NCBI GenBank assembly: GCA_951406725.2
Contig: OX597815.1
Location: forward strand, 143,840,001 to 143,904,000
Origin: Octopus vulgaris
Taxonomy: Eukaryota
DNA: 64,000 nucleotides
Direction: 5' to 3'
Shown: piece after piece, positions 17,956 through 31,180 of the stretch
Layout of the letters: every line of letters starts with the position of its first letter
Numbering within the stretch: the stretch's first letter is position 1
The notes under the pieces: model-generated
What the model was told of the DNA's origin: nothing
Seen by the model: only the letters and a program-made list of their open reading frames with translations
The model's database searches: none
Translations under genes and position numbers: made by a program

Positions 17956-19029
17956 CAACCCTTAATCTTCATATTCAACACTTTGGCTAAACTTACAATC
18001 TTCTAGAATTCTCCCTTGGTCATGTCTTATTGTCATGAGTTCAAGTTACAGATCCAACCGCACTAATCTCATTGACTACATCTAACTTACCAGTCTTAGA
18101 GTGTCTTTAAGGTTTTTGCAGACTGATTCTTCCCTTGAAATATGTTTTAAAACGTATTTACAAAACACAAGTGACAAGCCACTACGAAGGTAGAGTAGCT
18201 GTAGGTTCTCATATAATTTATTTCGTATATGAGTTTGCTGGAACACTGCCATTAATTCTTTCGTTGAGTTACTGGTATTCATGGCAGACAGAAGTTTGAT
18301 GCTGCTGTCTCTATCTGTATCTTTCGCGCTGAAGAAAGTTCAGTTCCTACATCTGACTTCCTGGACATTATAGATAATTGTCCCTTCGTGTTATCTTCCT
18401 AGGATCCTTATATAAAAGAACTAATTATAAATCATATGAAAGCAGGAATGAGTACCACGTTATTGTGCATGAGATTGAAAATTTTCTGTTCTGATAATTT
18501 AGCAGCCAACCAAAATTGGTCATCAAAAGTTTTCAATATTTTGAATTATAGATAAACATCTATAAGTAAAGATGTTGTGATAAGAATATATCGTTGATGG
18601 TTACGTATGTATAAATATCTATATGGTAGCTATCTAGTGATAATTATGTAGAGATAAAGAGCCATTGATAACCATACGAGACGATAATTACGTAATATTT
18701 CATACAGCAAACGAATTAATACATATAGATTTTTTAACATTGAGAAGATACTTTATAATGCAGACACCCAACCGCGTACATGCAAATAAGTGCGACAATC
18801 GATTTCATTGGCCACAATGCATACTGCAAAATAGCAAAATCAACAGTCATTTGAACTCAGACATAAAGAAATGGGAATAGATATGCAAGTCATGCTGTCT
18901 GGGTCTCTACTAATTCGGCTTGTTCATCACTCCGTGGAGCAATAAATATTCAAGATATTTATTTCTCAATCTAAAACTATTCCTCAAGAACCATTTTGTG
19001 CTCGGCAATGTCATTATTGTGTCATTATC

Positions 19030-19385
19030 ATGAGGTCGACTTTGCCTTTCATCCTTTCGGGGTCGACAAATTAAGTACCAGTGAAACATTAGGGTCGACG
19101 TAATCGACTAGATTCTTCTGCCAAAATTTCAGGCCTTATGCCTTTAGTAGAAAATATTATCATGACTTCAAGAAGGCGGCTAGCTGGCAGAGTTGTTAAC
19201 ACGTCGGACAAAATGCTTAGCGGCATTTATTCCGGTTTTTTATATTCTGAAATTAAGTGCCGCCGACTTTGTGCTTCATCCGCACAGGTTCAATAAAACG
19301 CAACAGTTTAGCACTGGGTTCGGGGTAATCGACTGCCCTTCCCTCACAAGATTGAGACTTTATACTGTAAGTAGAAAGAATTATT
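19030..19385 (+). mobile_element. Two adjacent SINE family B fragments
   Basis: gaggtcgactttgcctttcatcctttcggggtcga core, followed by a second ggcggctagctggcagag head. Confidence 0.8.
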
Positions 19386-20067
19386 ATGGTTTCGATTTTA
19401 GATTCAGGAAAACCCTAGATTCGAAACTGCAACTCTGCAGTTATTTCAGCTTATGTTTTCGTAACTTGGAAATTTTAACCCTGAATTTTCTTTGTAGCAA
19501 AGTCTAAATATTATTCTAATTTTAGAATAAACCACATATACCCATAAACATACACGCACACATATATTTGCATATATATGATAAGTATCTACGCACTTGA
19601 CATTTAAATATTTCCACTTACATATACAAAGAAATACACATTTCGTTCATCATATACTCACACACATATTCATATGTACATTCCCAGACGCATACCCATG
19701 GATATATATATATATATATATATATATACAGGCACGCAGACACACATATAACCCAAGGTTATAACAGTAAATTCTGCGGCAACAAGCGAGGTGGGGTGGC
19801 AAGTTTTTCGAGGTTTGTTTACTCGCGACATTTGCATATTATTATCGTTAGGGTCCAGAAATACACACCATATGTTCCTAAGTAAGCGGGGTTCTATTTT
19901 GTCAACCGTCTATTTTAACCTAACATATGGTGTTGAGTGTAGCAATTGGCCTGGAAATTTCTGGTTGATATTCAACGCATCAGAGGTGGATGTATATGTA
20001 ATTGGTCGGCTGTGAAGACACTACCGTCGTTATTGTTTTCGTTCGGTTACGTATAATTCACGAGTCA

Positions 20068-20121
<54 letters not shown>

Positions 20122-20252
20122 GCGGGCGTACACATATATACACTCATTATATTCAAATAAATACGTGGAGACATTTGCCCATACTTATAGATGTTCACAC
20201 AAATATTGCCCTCATATTATACATAGATATATGATATATGGATATGTAATAC

Positions 20253-20299
<47 letters not shown>

Positions 20300-20517
20300 T
20301 GTATACATATAAACATATGTAATATGTGTATACCTAAATATATATTTACATATATATGCGTGTATATAAAATGTGTGCGTGCGTGTTTGTATTAGTGTGC
20401 GCGTGCGAGTATGTGTGTGAGTGTATAAATAAAAATATATGCATATATTCATATATATCTATATATACATATACATATACATATATGATGAATGTGTAAT
20501 ATACACACATATACACA

Positions 20518-20554
<37 letters not shown>

Positions 20555-20621
20555 ATGTATATACATGTGTATGTATATATATGTGTATATATATATATGT
20601 GTATGTATATACATGTATATG

Positions 20622-20688
<67 letters not shown>

Positions 20689-20959
20689 GTATACACACAA
20701 ACACACTCTCACACATAACACCCTCACACGTACACACACGCACGGGTGTGTGTGTTTATCAGTCTTATGTGTCTGCAATTAATAAAGAGAAACCAATGCG
20801 TCTAAAAGCAGAGTGGAGTACTTTATTTTGAGAGCAGCTCACAACTTATAACGCATTTCATTTTGAGTTTCAAAATGTGTAGAATCTGGAGACGATATCC
20901 CAGCTGAAACATCTTACAGGTTGGTACCGACTCTTGAAATGAGGATATGTGAATATGTG

Positions 20960-21012
<53 letters not shown>

Positions 21013-21017
<5 letters not shown>

Positions 21018-21300
21018 AAAATAGTAAAGTGTGAAAAAACGACAGAAGGCTTAAATGTTAAAAGATATATATATTTGTGTCAAAATGTCTGGAGAATATT
21101 GGAAAAATTTTTTTCCCTTTCCTTAAAATGACATAATTTTACACGCGAAACCGGTAATTTCTTTAAAAATTTAAAAATTATGTCATTTTAAGGAAGGGAA
21201 AAAAATTTTTCCAATATTCTCCAGACATTTTGACACAAATATATATATCTTTTAACATTTAAGCCTTCTGTCGTTTTTTCACACTTTACTATTTTCTTAT
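21013..21300. repeat. Near-perfect inverted repeat, ~127-bp arms with a 33-bp spacer
   Basis: 21013-21140 is the reverse complement of 21174-21300, apart from small indels in a homopolymer-rich stretch. Confidence 0.95.
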
Positions 21301-21337
21301 ATATTCACCCACGTGCTTTACCAAACAAACTTTCTTA

Positions 21338-21382
<45 letters not shown>

Positions 21383-21440
21383 GTATTTATGTATGTATGT
21401 ATGTATGTATGTATGAGTATGTATCTCTCTCTCTCTCTCT

Positions 21441-21499
<59 letters not shown>

Positions 21500-21570
21500 T
21501 GTATGTATGTATGTATTGAATAAAATCAAGGCTGTGTTTAATTTTCAGGACATTCATAAAGAGAATGTTA

Positions 21571-21618
21571 GTCTTACAGCTGTTTCTGGGATATTAGGAG
21601 TGTTCCTTCATCAGAGGC
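21571..21618 (-). ncRNA. Variant minimal type I hammerhead motif
   Basis: Minus strand: GCCT / CTGATGA / aGGA..TCCca / GAAA / CAGCTG / TA / AGAC. Helix I pairs 3 of 4. Confidence 0.7.
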
Positions 21619-22004
21619 GATGTGAGAGAGATATGATATTTGTGTGTGTGTGTTTGTGAGTGTGTGTGTGTGTGTGTGTGTGTACGTATTTATGCATGCA
21701 TGTATGTGTGTATGTATGTATATATATGTATGTCTGTATATTACTGAATATTAGTTCATATTTATTGCTTTCTGTCATTGGATCGCATGTGGGCGGGCTC
21801 CAATGTAGCCATGGTTCAATGAAGGGCCTTTAAGATATTAGTAAGCCCTTATTATCTCAATGAGCCCTAATTATTTTAATCTCGTATCATTTCGTCGATC
21901 CGTATCGAACCCTTGAGTTATCTTACATAAAGTGATGCAACATAAGCAAGAGTGCAATGTAAACCGTAAACACATACATGCATGCATATATATATATGCA
22001 TATT

Positions 22005-22208
22005 TCAAAATGTGACCGCGTGTGTACCGTTGGCGATTTTTTCCCCTCTGTCTTCCTTTCTCTGGATCTTTCCTTCTATGTTTCCGACGAAGAGCTCCGC
22101 TCGAAACGTTAAACCCTCCTTCTTTCCTTCTTTCCTGACCGTCCAATAATACTATATTTGTTACACGTCCTCGCGTTGTTGTGTTTTTTTGTGCTTACTT
22201 GTTTGGAT

Positions 22209-22212
<4 letters not shown>
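22005..22212 (+). mobile_element. ~210-bp repeat carrying a variant hammerhead (probable Penelope-like terminal repeat); second copy at 41502-41712
   Basis: Near-identical copies; both are followed by (TA)n. Confidence 0.8.
22080..22114 (+). ncRNA. Variant minimal hammerhead motif
   Basis: GTTT / CCGACGA+A / GAGC-TCC-GCTC / GAAA-CG-TT / AAAC. Has a U4C change and an extra A in the core. Confidence 0.6.
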
Positions 22213-22261
<49 letters not shown>

Positions 22262-22342
22262 GCAGAAGATGGAATATACGAGAATATATTATAGCAACAA
22301 AAAAAACCCGTTGAATATGACTCACAGCATTTAATTATCAAA

Positions 22343-22502
22343 CGCAGGAGTGGCTGTGTGGTAAGGAGCTAGTTTACCAACGAGATGGTTCCGGGTTCAG
22401 TCCCGCTGCGTGGCACCTTGGGCAAGTGTCTTCTACTATAGCCTCGGGCCGACCAAAGCCTTGTGAGTGGATTTGGTAGACGGAAACTTAAAGAATCCCG
22501 TC

Positions 22503-22575
<73 letters not shown>

Positions 22576-22797
22576 TGTGTGTGTTTGTGTGTCTGTGTTT
22601 GTCCCCCTAGCATTGCTTGACAACCGATGCTGGTGTGTTTATGTCCCCGTTACTTAGCGGTTCGGCAAAAGAGACCGATAGAATAAGTACTGGGCTTACA
22701 AAAGAATAAGTCCCGCGGTCGATTTGCTCGATTAAGGGCGGTCCTCTAGCATGGCCGCAGTCAAATGACTGAAACAAGTAAAAGAGTAAAAGAGAGT
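22343..22797 (+). mobile_element. SINE family A, full length, with expanded internal (TA)n
   Basis: Near-identical to 9327-9733. Confidence 0.92.
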
Positions 22798-23200
22798 ATT
22801 CATAATTGGAATGAATAAATAAAATTGACTATTAAGTATTTATGGAATTTTGATTTACTTCTGGGTGACTTTTGACCAACCCTGTGTATGTGTACATACA
22901 TACATACATACATACATACATACATACATACATACACATGTATGCATAATTTCTAATAATGAACACAGACAAAATAATAATATTTTGGAGCCATTTAATA
23001 CATACGTTTCAGATTTTGCGTAATGCATAATAGAAAATACATTCCTTTACGCACGACAATCTCCAGTTGATTCATTTCAAAATATCTAGCCTCTTCTGAC
23101 TCCATTTACGCGAATACTCTATGGATATGGAGTAGTTTGTTGTATTTGGCTTGGATCTCAAATTCTGGCTTCTAAGCAAAACACGAAATTATCTATCTAT

Positions 23201-23264
<64 letters not shown>

Positions 23265-23467
23265 AAGTAGATAAATGAATTATCTTATTACGGATTATTC
23301 AAATGATAACCGACACCTGGGTAGCAAAAATCACAACAGAAAAAGCACGGTTGAGGTTACGACCATGGGGCCTAAAGTCCGTGCCTTAGTGCGGAAATTT
23401 GAAGTTTTATATATTTAGTGTAGGAAGAAATGGAGCTGAACGAAATTTAACAAAATTCCTTTTTATT

Positions 23468-23553
23468 ATTTTCTACATATGTTTCAAAGGCTGCAAAGTC
23501 CCTAATTCGGATTGAATAAGGAGTCCATTTTGCAGCCTTCTCTTCAGGAAAAT
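23468..23553 (-). ncRNA. Type I hammerhead ribozyme motif, left arm of the palindrome
   Basis: Reverse complement of 23723-23808. Confidence 0.9.
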
Positions 23554-23722
23554 CCAGGAATTTAATTCTCCAACAAAATGCACAGCAAGCTTTTCGACAA
23601 ACGCTCACGAGGAGCCCATGGAATAAATGGCACAAACTGTCTATCAATATGCGTTGATAGGCTCCTCGTGAGCGTTTGTCGAAAAGCTTGCTGTGCATTT
23701 TGTTGGAGAATTAAGTTCCTGG

Positions 23723-23808
23723 ATTTTCCTGAAGAGAAGGCTGCAAAATGGACTCCTTATTCAATCCGAATTAGGGACTTTGCAGCCTTTGAAACATATG
23801 TAGAAAAT
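23723..23808 (+). ncRNA. Type I hammerhead ribozyme motif with long helix II
   Basis: ATTTTC / CTGAAGA (23729-23735) / GAAGGCTGCAAA..TTTGCAGCCTTT (12 bp) / GAAA / CATATG / TA / GAAAAT. Predicted GUA cleavage after 23802. Confidence 0.92.
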
Positions 23809-23858
23809 AATAAAAAGGAATTTTGTTAAATCTTCGTTCAGCTCCATTTCTTCCTACA

Positions 23859-23911
<53 letters not shown>

Positions 23912-24030
23912 TCCATCTACTGCTGAGAAATAAACTTGCATACTATAGACAGTATTTAGTTATGGGTGACTAATAACTCAAGGTATGAAACTATTAGTAG
24001 CTCATAACTTATATACTGTGTACATTAGGC

Positions 24031-24100
<70 letters not shown>

Positions 24101-24442
24101 CACATATATATACACACATACATATATACATACACACCTTATCTGTTATTTGTTTCAGTCATTTCCCTGAAGCCATTTTGGAGCACCAATTATAGTTTAT
24201 TTAAAGCCTTGTACTTACTCTATTGGTTTGCCAAACCGCTAGATTACGTGGATGTAAACACATCAACACCGCTTGTCAAGCAGTGGTGGGGGACAAGCAC
24301 ATACACAGACACACACACACAAAGATATATACATACATATATACGACGGGCTTCTTTCGGTTTTAGTCTACCAAATCCACTCACAAGGCTTTGGTCGAAC
24401 GCGGAACCAAGTGATAGGGAAGCAAACTCCTTACCACCTCTG

Positions 24443-24722
24443 TTGGTTAGAACGTCGAGCTTACGATCGTGAGGTTGTGAGTTCGAACCGGGGACCGGGC
24501 TGCGTGTTGTGTTCTTGAGCAAGACACTTTATTTCACGTTGCTCAAGTTCACTCAGGAGTAGAAATGAGTTGCGACGTCACAGGTGTCAAACTGTATCAG
24601 CTCTTTGATAACACTGGTGGCGTGGAGAGGGGAGGCCGTTATGCATGGGTGACTACTGGCCTTCCATAAACAACCTTGCCCGGACTTGTGCTTCGGAGGG
24701 TAACTTTCTAGGTGCAATCCCA
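24443..24722 (+). mobile_element. tRNA-derived SINE family C
   Basis: tggttagaacg..gagttcgaacc head and ttgagcaagacactttatttcac core; second copy at 38982-39310. Confidence 0.85.
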
Positions 24723-24932
24723 TACACACATACACACACCCATATCATGGACTCTCTCGTAGTTTGACGACATTTGAGGTTTCTGCACTCTCTTGTTGAA
24801 CAATCACACAGATGATTTGTTTATAGTGATCAAATGTTTGGGTCCACATAAGATTACTCTCTCCATCAAATCGACATTACCTTGTACAGGTGCACGACGT
24901 GTCTGATGACAAAATGATCGTCGAACAACGTG

Positions 24933-25023
<91 letters not shown>

Positions 25024-25899
25024 GTGTAATGTACACAGTATATAAGTTATGAGCTACTAATACTTGTGAGTGCAACATCCTAACTACTAAGTCATGCGCC
25101 TTCACACGCATGCACACACACACACACACACAATCACACCCAAACACACACTCATACACACACGCATGCACACGCACACACACACACACACACACACATT
25201 CGCACGTTCTTTCTAATTTTTGCACAAAGCCAGTTATTGTGTAGGGACGGTGATGTTGATTATATCGACTCCATGCACAAAGTATGAAAATAGAGTCACC
25301 CACTGTAGAATTTGAACTCAGAACGTAAGGATGAAAAAAAATGAGTGCATGCATTCCACAAGCGCATATATTAGACAGTAAGTGTATGTAGTATATTGTA
25401 GGTGTTTAGTCAAGTTATGATTACGAATTTTATGTTTCAATAAATGCTTGTCAAAATGTCAGCATTTTGCCAAAATGTCTGATCTTTTGTTTCGGTGGTT
25501 AACAGAATTCTGAAACATTTTAAGAATGAGACTGCTTTTAGCTGTATATATATCACATCCTGTAATTGTGTTTTTATAAGATCTCAATTCCTCGATGTTA
25601 TTCCACTTGATATGACAGATAATTGCATTCCCTTTCAATTGGCAGACATAATTTGAGAATTTTGTAACATTTTCAATGTGTGTAAGTGATAAACCATGTC
25701 TCATGTACCTATGAGGGGTTTCCGTATTAATTCAATGTTTAGTTTCATTTGGTGAAGGTGACATTCGCTTCATGTACATCTACCATGACATTACATAACT
25801 AACTGGATGAGCGTAAGTTGGTAACTCTGCATGTAGAGTTTAAAAAAAGCAACAACAGAATTCCAAAGAAACAAAATTTGCTAATCAAGGAAAGTTCCC

Positions 25900-26180
25900 C
25901 AAGACCCCACAGATCCTGATCTCCAGCTACTAGTGTCCTTTCGCATTTGTCGTTTCCCAGCCTACTAGCGCATGCTCGGAGTAATTCCGTTGACGTGTAC
26001 CATCTTTGTTACATTCACCTACCATTCATTAACTGAATGGGAGGTGGGGCAAATCTTAACCCCTTTCTTCTTGTTCCTTTTGAAGTGAAACTCGAAAACG
26101 TTGATGAGATCGTGACTGAAGACGAAAGGATCAGTCTTCAATTCTTTGTGTCTCGCCTGCCACACGATCGCTTTTACAAT
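25900..26180 (-). mobile_element. Decayed L1/Tx1-like 3' coding end
   Basis: IVKAIVWQAR..ELKTD..LINVFEFHFKR..W, similar in pattern to 38180-38670. Confidence 0.45.
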
Positions 26181-26182
26181 CA

Positions 26183-26277
<95 letters not shown>

Positions 26278-26298
26278 GTAACGACGACGACGACGACA

Positions 26299-26338
<40 letters not shown>

Positions 26339-26369
26339 CGACGACGACGACGACGACGACGATGATGAC

Positions 26370-26434
<65 letters not shown>

Positions 26435-26443
26435 CGATGATTA
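26183..26443. repeat. Compound trinucleotide array (TAC)n(TAA)n(GAC)n(GAT)n
   Basis: Read directly from the sequence. Confidence 0.97.
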
Positions 26444-26543
26444 TGGACACTCATCGAAGACGACTTATGGGTGTTCAGCTTTTGTGCCGAACCACCTACG
26501 TAAATGATTTGTTTCCAGTGATCAAATGCTTGTGTTGTGCATT

Positions 26544-26606
<63 letters not shown>

Positions 26607-26788
26607 AAATCGACGTTGTCTGGACAGGTGCACGTTGTAGCACGCGTCGAATGTCAAAGTGATCGCAGAGCAACGCGAAACGAAGTATTTTTTGCTCAAG
26701 AATTCAGCACACCACCCGATCTAGGAATTGAAACCACGATCTCGTGATTCGTGAGTGCAACACATTAACCACCAGCTCGTGCATCCTC

Positions 26789-26831
<43 letters not shown>

Positions 26832-26837
26832 GTCATA

Positions 26838-26875
<38 letters not shown>

Positions 26876-27157
26876 AAATAAATAAATAAATAATTGCAGA
26901 AAAATGCACTTATATGGCGCGAAACTTTGTGGTTCATGAAAACTATTGAATAAGCTTTGCAAGCAGAATAAAAATACAATTTTGCCAATGTGTATAATAT
27001 AAAACTAGTCTTAGTTAAGAGGAAAATGTGTGTAAAAACTTCCTTTGCGTAGGAGAAAATGTGTTTTTCTTATTAATTAAATATACTAAATTATATACGC
27101 ATGTAATTAAATTGTAAACAAGATATGAAAACAATGCTAAATTGTGTCAAGGCGACA

Positions 27158-27708
27158 TCTCTTATATAAAATCCGTTCTCTGTGTGTGTTTTCTCGGATC
27201 TCGGGCATCCTCCATCCGATTGCTCTCAAATTTGATATGCAGATACCGACGGTATCAGAGCATGTATAAGTCTTGAAAAAATTACAAAAATCGATTCCAG
27301 GTGAGAATGCGATCGATAAAGCCGTTTCTGTCCTGCTTTTCTTCCGTCAACCTGTACATAACTGCACCTTCCATTTTTGGTTGTTTTTGTACTGCTTAAA
27401 GGCATGTTTCTTTCCTGCCAAGCTTACTGTGTAAATCATGTTTGTGTTCTCCCAGTCTACAGCCTTATCATTATTACTGGTACTTTAAACTCTTCGGTTG
27501 CATATTTGTGTGAATAAAATGGTTTTTCTTTGGAATAGAAAAAAGTCTATCTTTATTTCTTCTTTTGCTGGTGTCTCAAATTTAGGCTAAATCAGTGTTT
27601 CTCAAAGGGGGGAGGCCTATGGGACGGTCGGACAAGTTGTTTTGCGAAAATTTGGTTTAAATGTTTGACAACTCAGCTCCGTCCATTGGACGGGGAGCGT
27701 TTTGCTCG
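27158..27708 (+). mobile_element. Non-autonomous Helitron-like element
   Basis: A|TC start (atctcttatataaaa), 3' hairpin ccgtcca-t-tggacgg, ends CTCG|T (CTRR-like). Confidence 0.6.
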
Positions 27709-28224
27709 TATATATATAAACACACATTTAAAAAAAGTAACAGTTTTTTTTTTTAAGCTAAAGGGGAAAAGAGCCAAAATAAAAAGGTCTGATAGCGTTC
27801 AAAAAAGTCACATCGATTAAAAAGTTATTACGGAAGCTTATTATAATCACATGGAGCATATTTACAAGGAGATGAACGTTCAGATCTCCAGCTTAAGCCA
27901 TGTGATTCCTGGGAGAAAATAAACAATTTTTCAGATAGATACGGCTGAGATTAAATTTCGGTCTTGCATGATATTAAGAAGAGAAATGAGCAATGACTGA
28001 CTAAGTGATTCTGAAGATATATGAGGTTTTCTCTGTCAGGTCCTGCAACAAAGCAGTTCCAAATTTCCTTTTAGGAAGTGCAAGCATTAATATTCATCTT
28101 TGTATAAGTGTGAGCATATGTTCTTGTATGTTTATAAAAGTATGCGTGCATCCGTATGCATACATTTATCCCATTTCAAATTTTTTTCTTATTTTACTTG
28201 TTACTGTCATTGGACTGAGGATAC

Positions 28225-28320
<96 letters not shown>

Positions 28321-28322
28321 GC

Positions 28323-28353
<31 letters not shown>

Positions 28354-29681
28354 AAGACGGACGGATTGACGGACACATACAAACATACATACATAACTAC
28401 CTAGTTAATATTGACAGTAATACATTGCTTTTGAAGAAACCTTATTTGTATGAAATAGACAGATCTGCTTATTTTGTAGAGATTTTTCGATTCTTTGCTT
28501 GAGGTTTTAGGTTTTAAATACATTTCGATGAAGGTTTTTACCAACAAATTGTTTGGAAACTCTCTATTGGCTGAAATTTGTGTGTTCCCTTTATTACATA
28601 CGTATATGAAACCTGACAGTATTCCAAAGAAATAGCTTTCTTTTTGGGTGTGAAACATGCTTTTTCTCTATTTGTAGACATACATACATATACACAACTC
28701 AAGTAAACTATACACGCGCAAACACACAAAAATAATGAAAAAAAAAGATTTATGATGTCGACAACAACAGCTGTGTGACGTCTACAACATTGATTAGTGA
28801 CGTACACAACACCTCAGCGTGACGATACACAGTGCAATGGAGCGAACCCCGATCGATAGTAGTAACTGTGGCAGCAAGTGTTGTGAATGGAAGAGATAAA
28901 TTATTGCGTGACTAATCGATTACTTGATTAACCAATCGATTAATTAGTTTATTGATTGGGTTATATTATATGTGGCAGAATGCTGTCAGCTTTAACCAAT
29001 AAGTCGTGACTCCTCAAGCGTACTATCCATTATTCACCTACATCACATCTTATGCAAACATGCTCATACGCAGAGACACGCATATATTTATGTGTGTGTG
29101 TGTGTGTGTTATCTATGTATATGTATGCGTGGAAGTGTCTGCGTGTGTGCATGTGTATGTCTATGTGTTATCTACATCTACTCGTTTTTTTTTTTGGGTG
29201 GGGGGCATTCTATCTGCCATTCTATTCCTATCAAGCGATCCAGTCAATTTACCTGTCTGTCTGTCCGTCCGTCCGATCCATTGTCAATCACTGCATCTCA
29301 AATTCCTGCTTGGTTTATCTCTCCCTTTATATATTTATACATATATCCACATACACACACACACACAAACTCATTTGGTTGAATCGGTAAGTAGATGGAT
29401 ATGTGTTAATTTATGTGCGAATATGGGTGCATGTATGTACGGCTGACTGGATGGGTGGATGGATGGCTGCCTGGCTGGCTGGCTGGTCGGGTGGTTGCCT
29501 GTCTGTCTGGCTGGCTGACAAGCAGGCTGGATGTGTTGATGGATGGAAGGATGGATGGATGGATGGATTTATGTAGTATGGATGTATGCGTATGTTTGCA
29601 TAATGTAAGTATTCACCTCTCTCTCAATGCTTACGTATGTATATACATACATACACATACACACACATATACATATGCATG

Positions 29682-29727
<46 letters not shown>

Positions 29728-30239
29728 TGTATGTATATATGTATCAATCTACCTATCTGAATGTATTAGCACATGTATGCATATATTTGTGTTTTTGTAT
29801 GTATCTTTGTATCTATGCGTGTTTGGACATTTATATTTGAATGTGTTTATAAGTCGCTATATTAATGTGTGTGGGTGGGTGGGACTCCCCATATAGCTAC
29901 TCATCGATTATCGATCCGTTGATCTATTTGTTTACTTCACTTTCATTTTTCCTCCCCTCTCTCTCTCTCTCTCTTTCTCTCTCACTCTCTACTTAATCTC
30001 TATGTATCTGTATACCATCTTGCAATATACACCCCTTCTCTAACCCCTTCTTATTTTCCCCTCTTCTTATTTACCAAACTCTCAATAGCACCATTCTTTC
30101 CTTTATCCTACACACATTGTCTTCTCTTTGTCATCCACACAGAATTCCAGCTGAATGTCATTCTGTTAGGCTGACAACAAAATGGCTGCCAACGCAGCTA
30201 ATAAACGAATCTCAACTTCCTTCTTGCTTCTCGCTTTTG

Positions 30240-30422
30240 CAGGCATGATTGCATGGTAAGAAGTTTGATTCCCAACCACATGGTTCTGGGTTCAGTCACG
30301 TTGCGTGGTGCCTTGGATATGTGTCTTCAACTATAGCCCAAGGCCGAACCGACCAAAGGCATTGTGAGTGGATTTCGTAGACGGAAACTGAAAGAAGCTT
30401 GTTCTACATGTGTGTGTGTGTG

Positions 30423-30496
<74 letters not shown>

Positions 30497-30720
30497 CGTG
30501 CGTGTATCTATGTGCGTATATCTTTATGTTTTTGTTTGTCCCTCATCACCGCTTAACAACCAATGTTGGATTATGTCTCCCTAGCATATCGTTTCGGTAA
30601 AAGCATGCCGATAGAATGAGTATCCGGATTTTTCTTCTAGGACCGATTCGTTCGACTAAAACCCAGGTGATACCCCAGCATGACTGTCGTCCAATGACTG
30701 ATACACGTAAAAGATAAACG
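30240..30720 (+). mobile_element. SINE family A, diverged copy
   Basis: Head, core and tail collinear with family A; long internal (TG)n. Confidence 0.85.
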
Positions 30721-30741
30721 AGTTTTTTTTTATTTTTTTTT

Positions 30742-31136
30742 TTACTTGTTTCAGTCATTTTGACTGCGGCCATGCTGGTGCACCGCCTATAATCGAGCAA
30801 CTCGACCCCGGGACTTATTCTTTTGTAAGCCCAGTACTTATTCTATCGGTCTCTTTTGCCGAACCGCTAAGTTAACGGGGACATAAACACACCAGCATCG
30901 GTTGTCAAGCAATGCTAGGGGGACAAACACAGACACACAAACATACACGCACATACATATATATACATATATACGACGGGCTTCTTTCAGTTTCCGTCTA
31001 CCAAATCCACTCACAAGGCTTTGGTCGGCCCGAGGCTATAGTAGAAGACACTTGCCCAAGGTGCCACGCAGTGGGACTGAACCCGGAACCATGTGGTTGG
31101 TAAACAAGCTACTTACCACACAGCCACTCCTGCGCC
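30742..31136 (-). mobile_element. SINE family A, young full-length copy
   Basis: Near-identical reverse complement of 22343-22797. Confidence 0.93.
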
Positions 31137-31180
31137 TATTTATTTATTCTGTTTGTATATTTCATTATATTTATCTGGAA

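Larger units (their letters stand above)
23415..23862. repeat. Near-perfect inverted repeat, ~202-bp arms with a 43-bp spacer
   Basis: 23415-23616 vs 23660-23862, about one substitution and one indel; explains the twin ORFs 23447-23698(-) and 23578-23829(+). Confidence 0.97.

Noticed and set aside
23447-23829. Twin 83-aa ORFs on opposite strands
   Set aside because: They are a by-product of the palindrome; the conserved signal is RNA structure and no protein motif is evident.
26037-26640. Acidic poly-D/N/T protein
   Set aside because: It is a pure trinucleotide array abutting a LINE fragment on the opposite strand.
30215-30262. 13-nt microexon (ttttgcag|gcatgattgcatg|gtaaga)
   Set aside because: Both the AG and the GTAAG are ordinary parts of the SINE A head, the length is not a multiple of three, and nothing else supports it.
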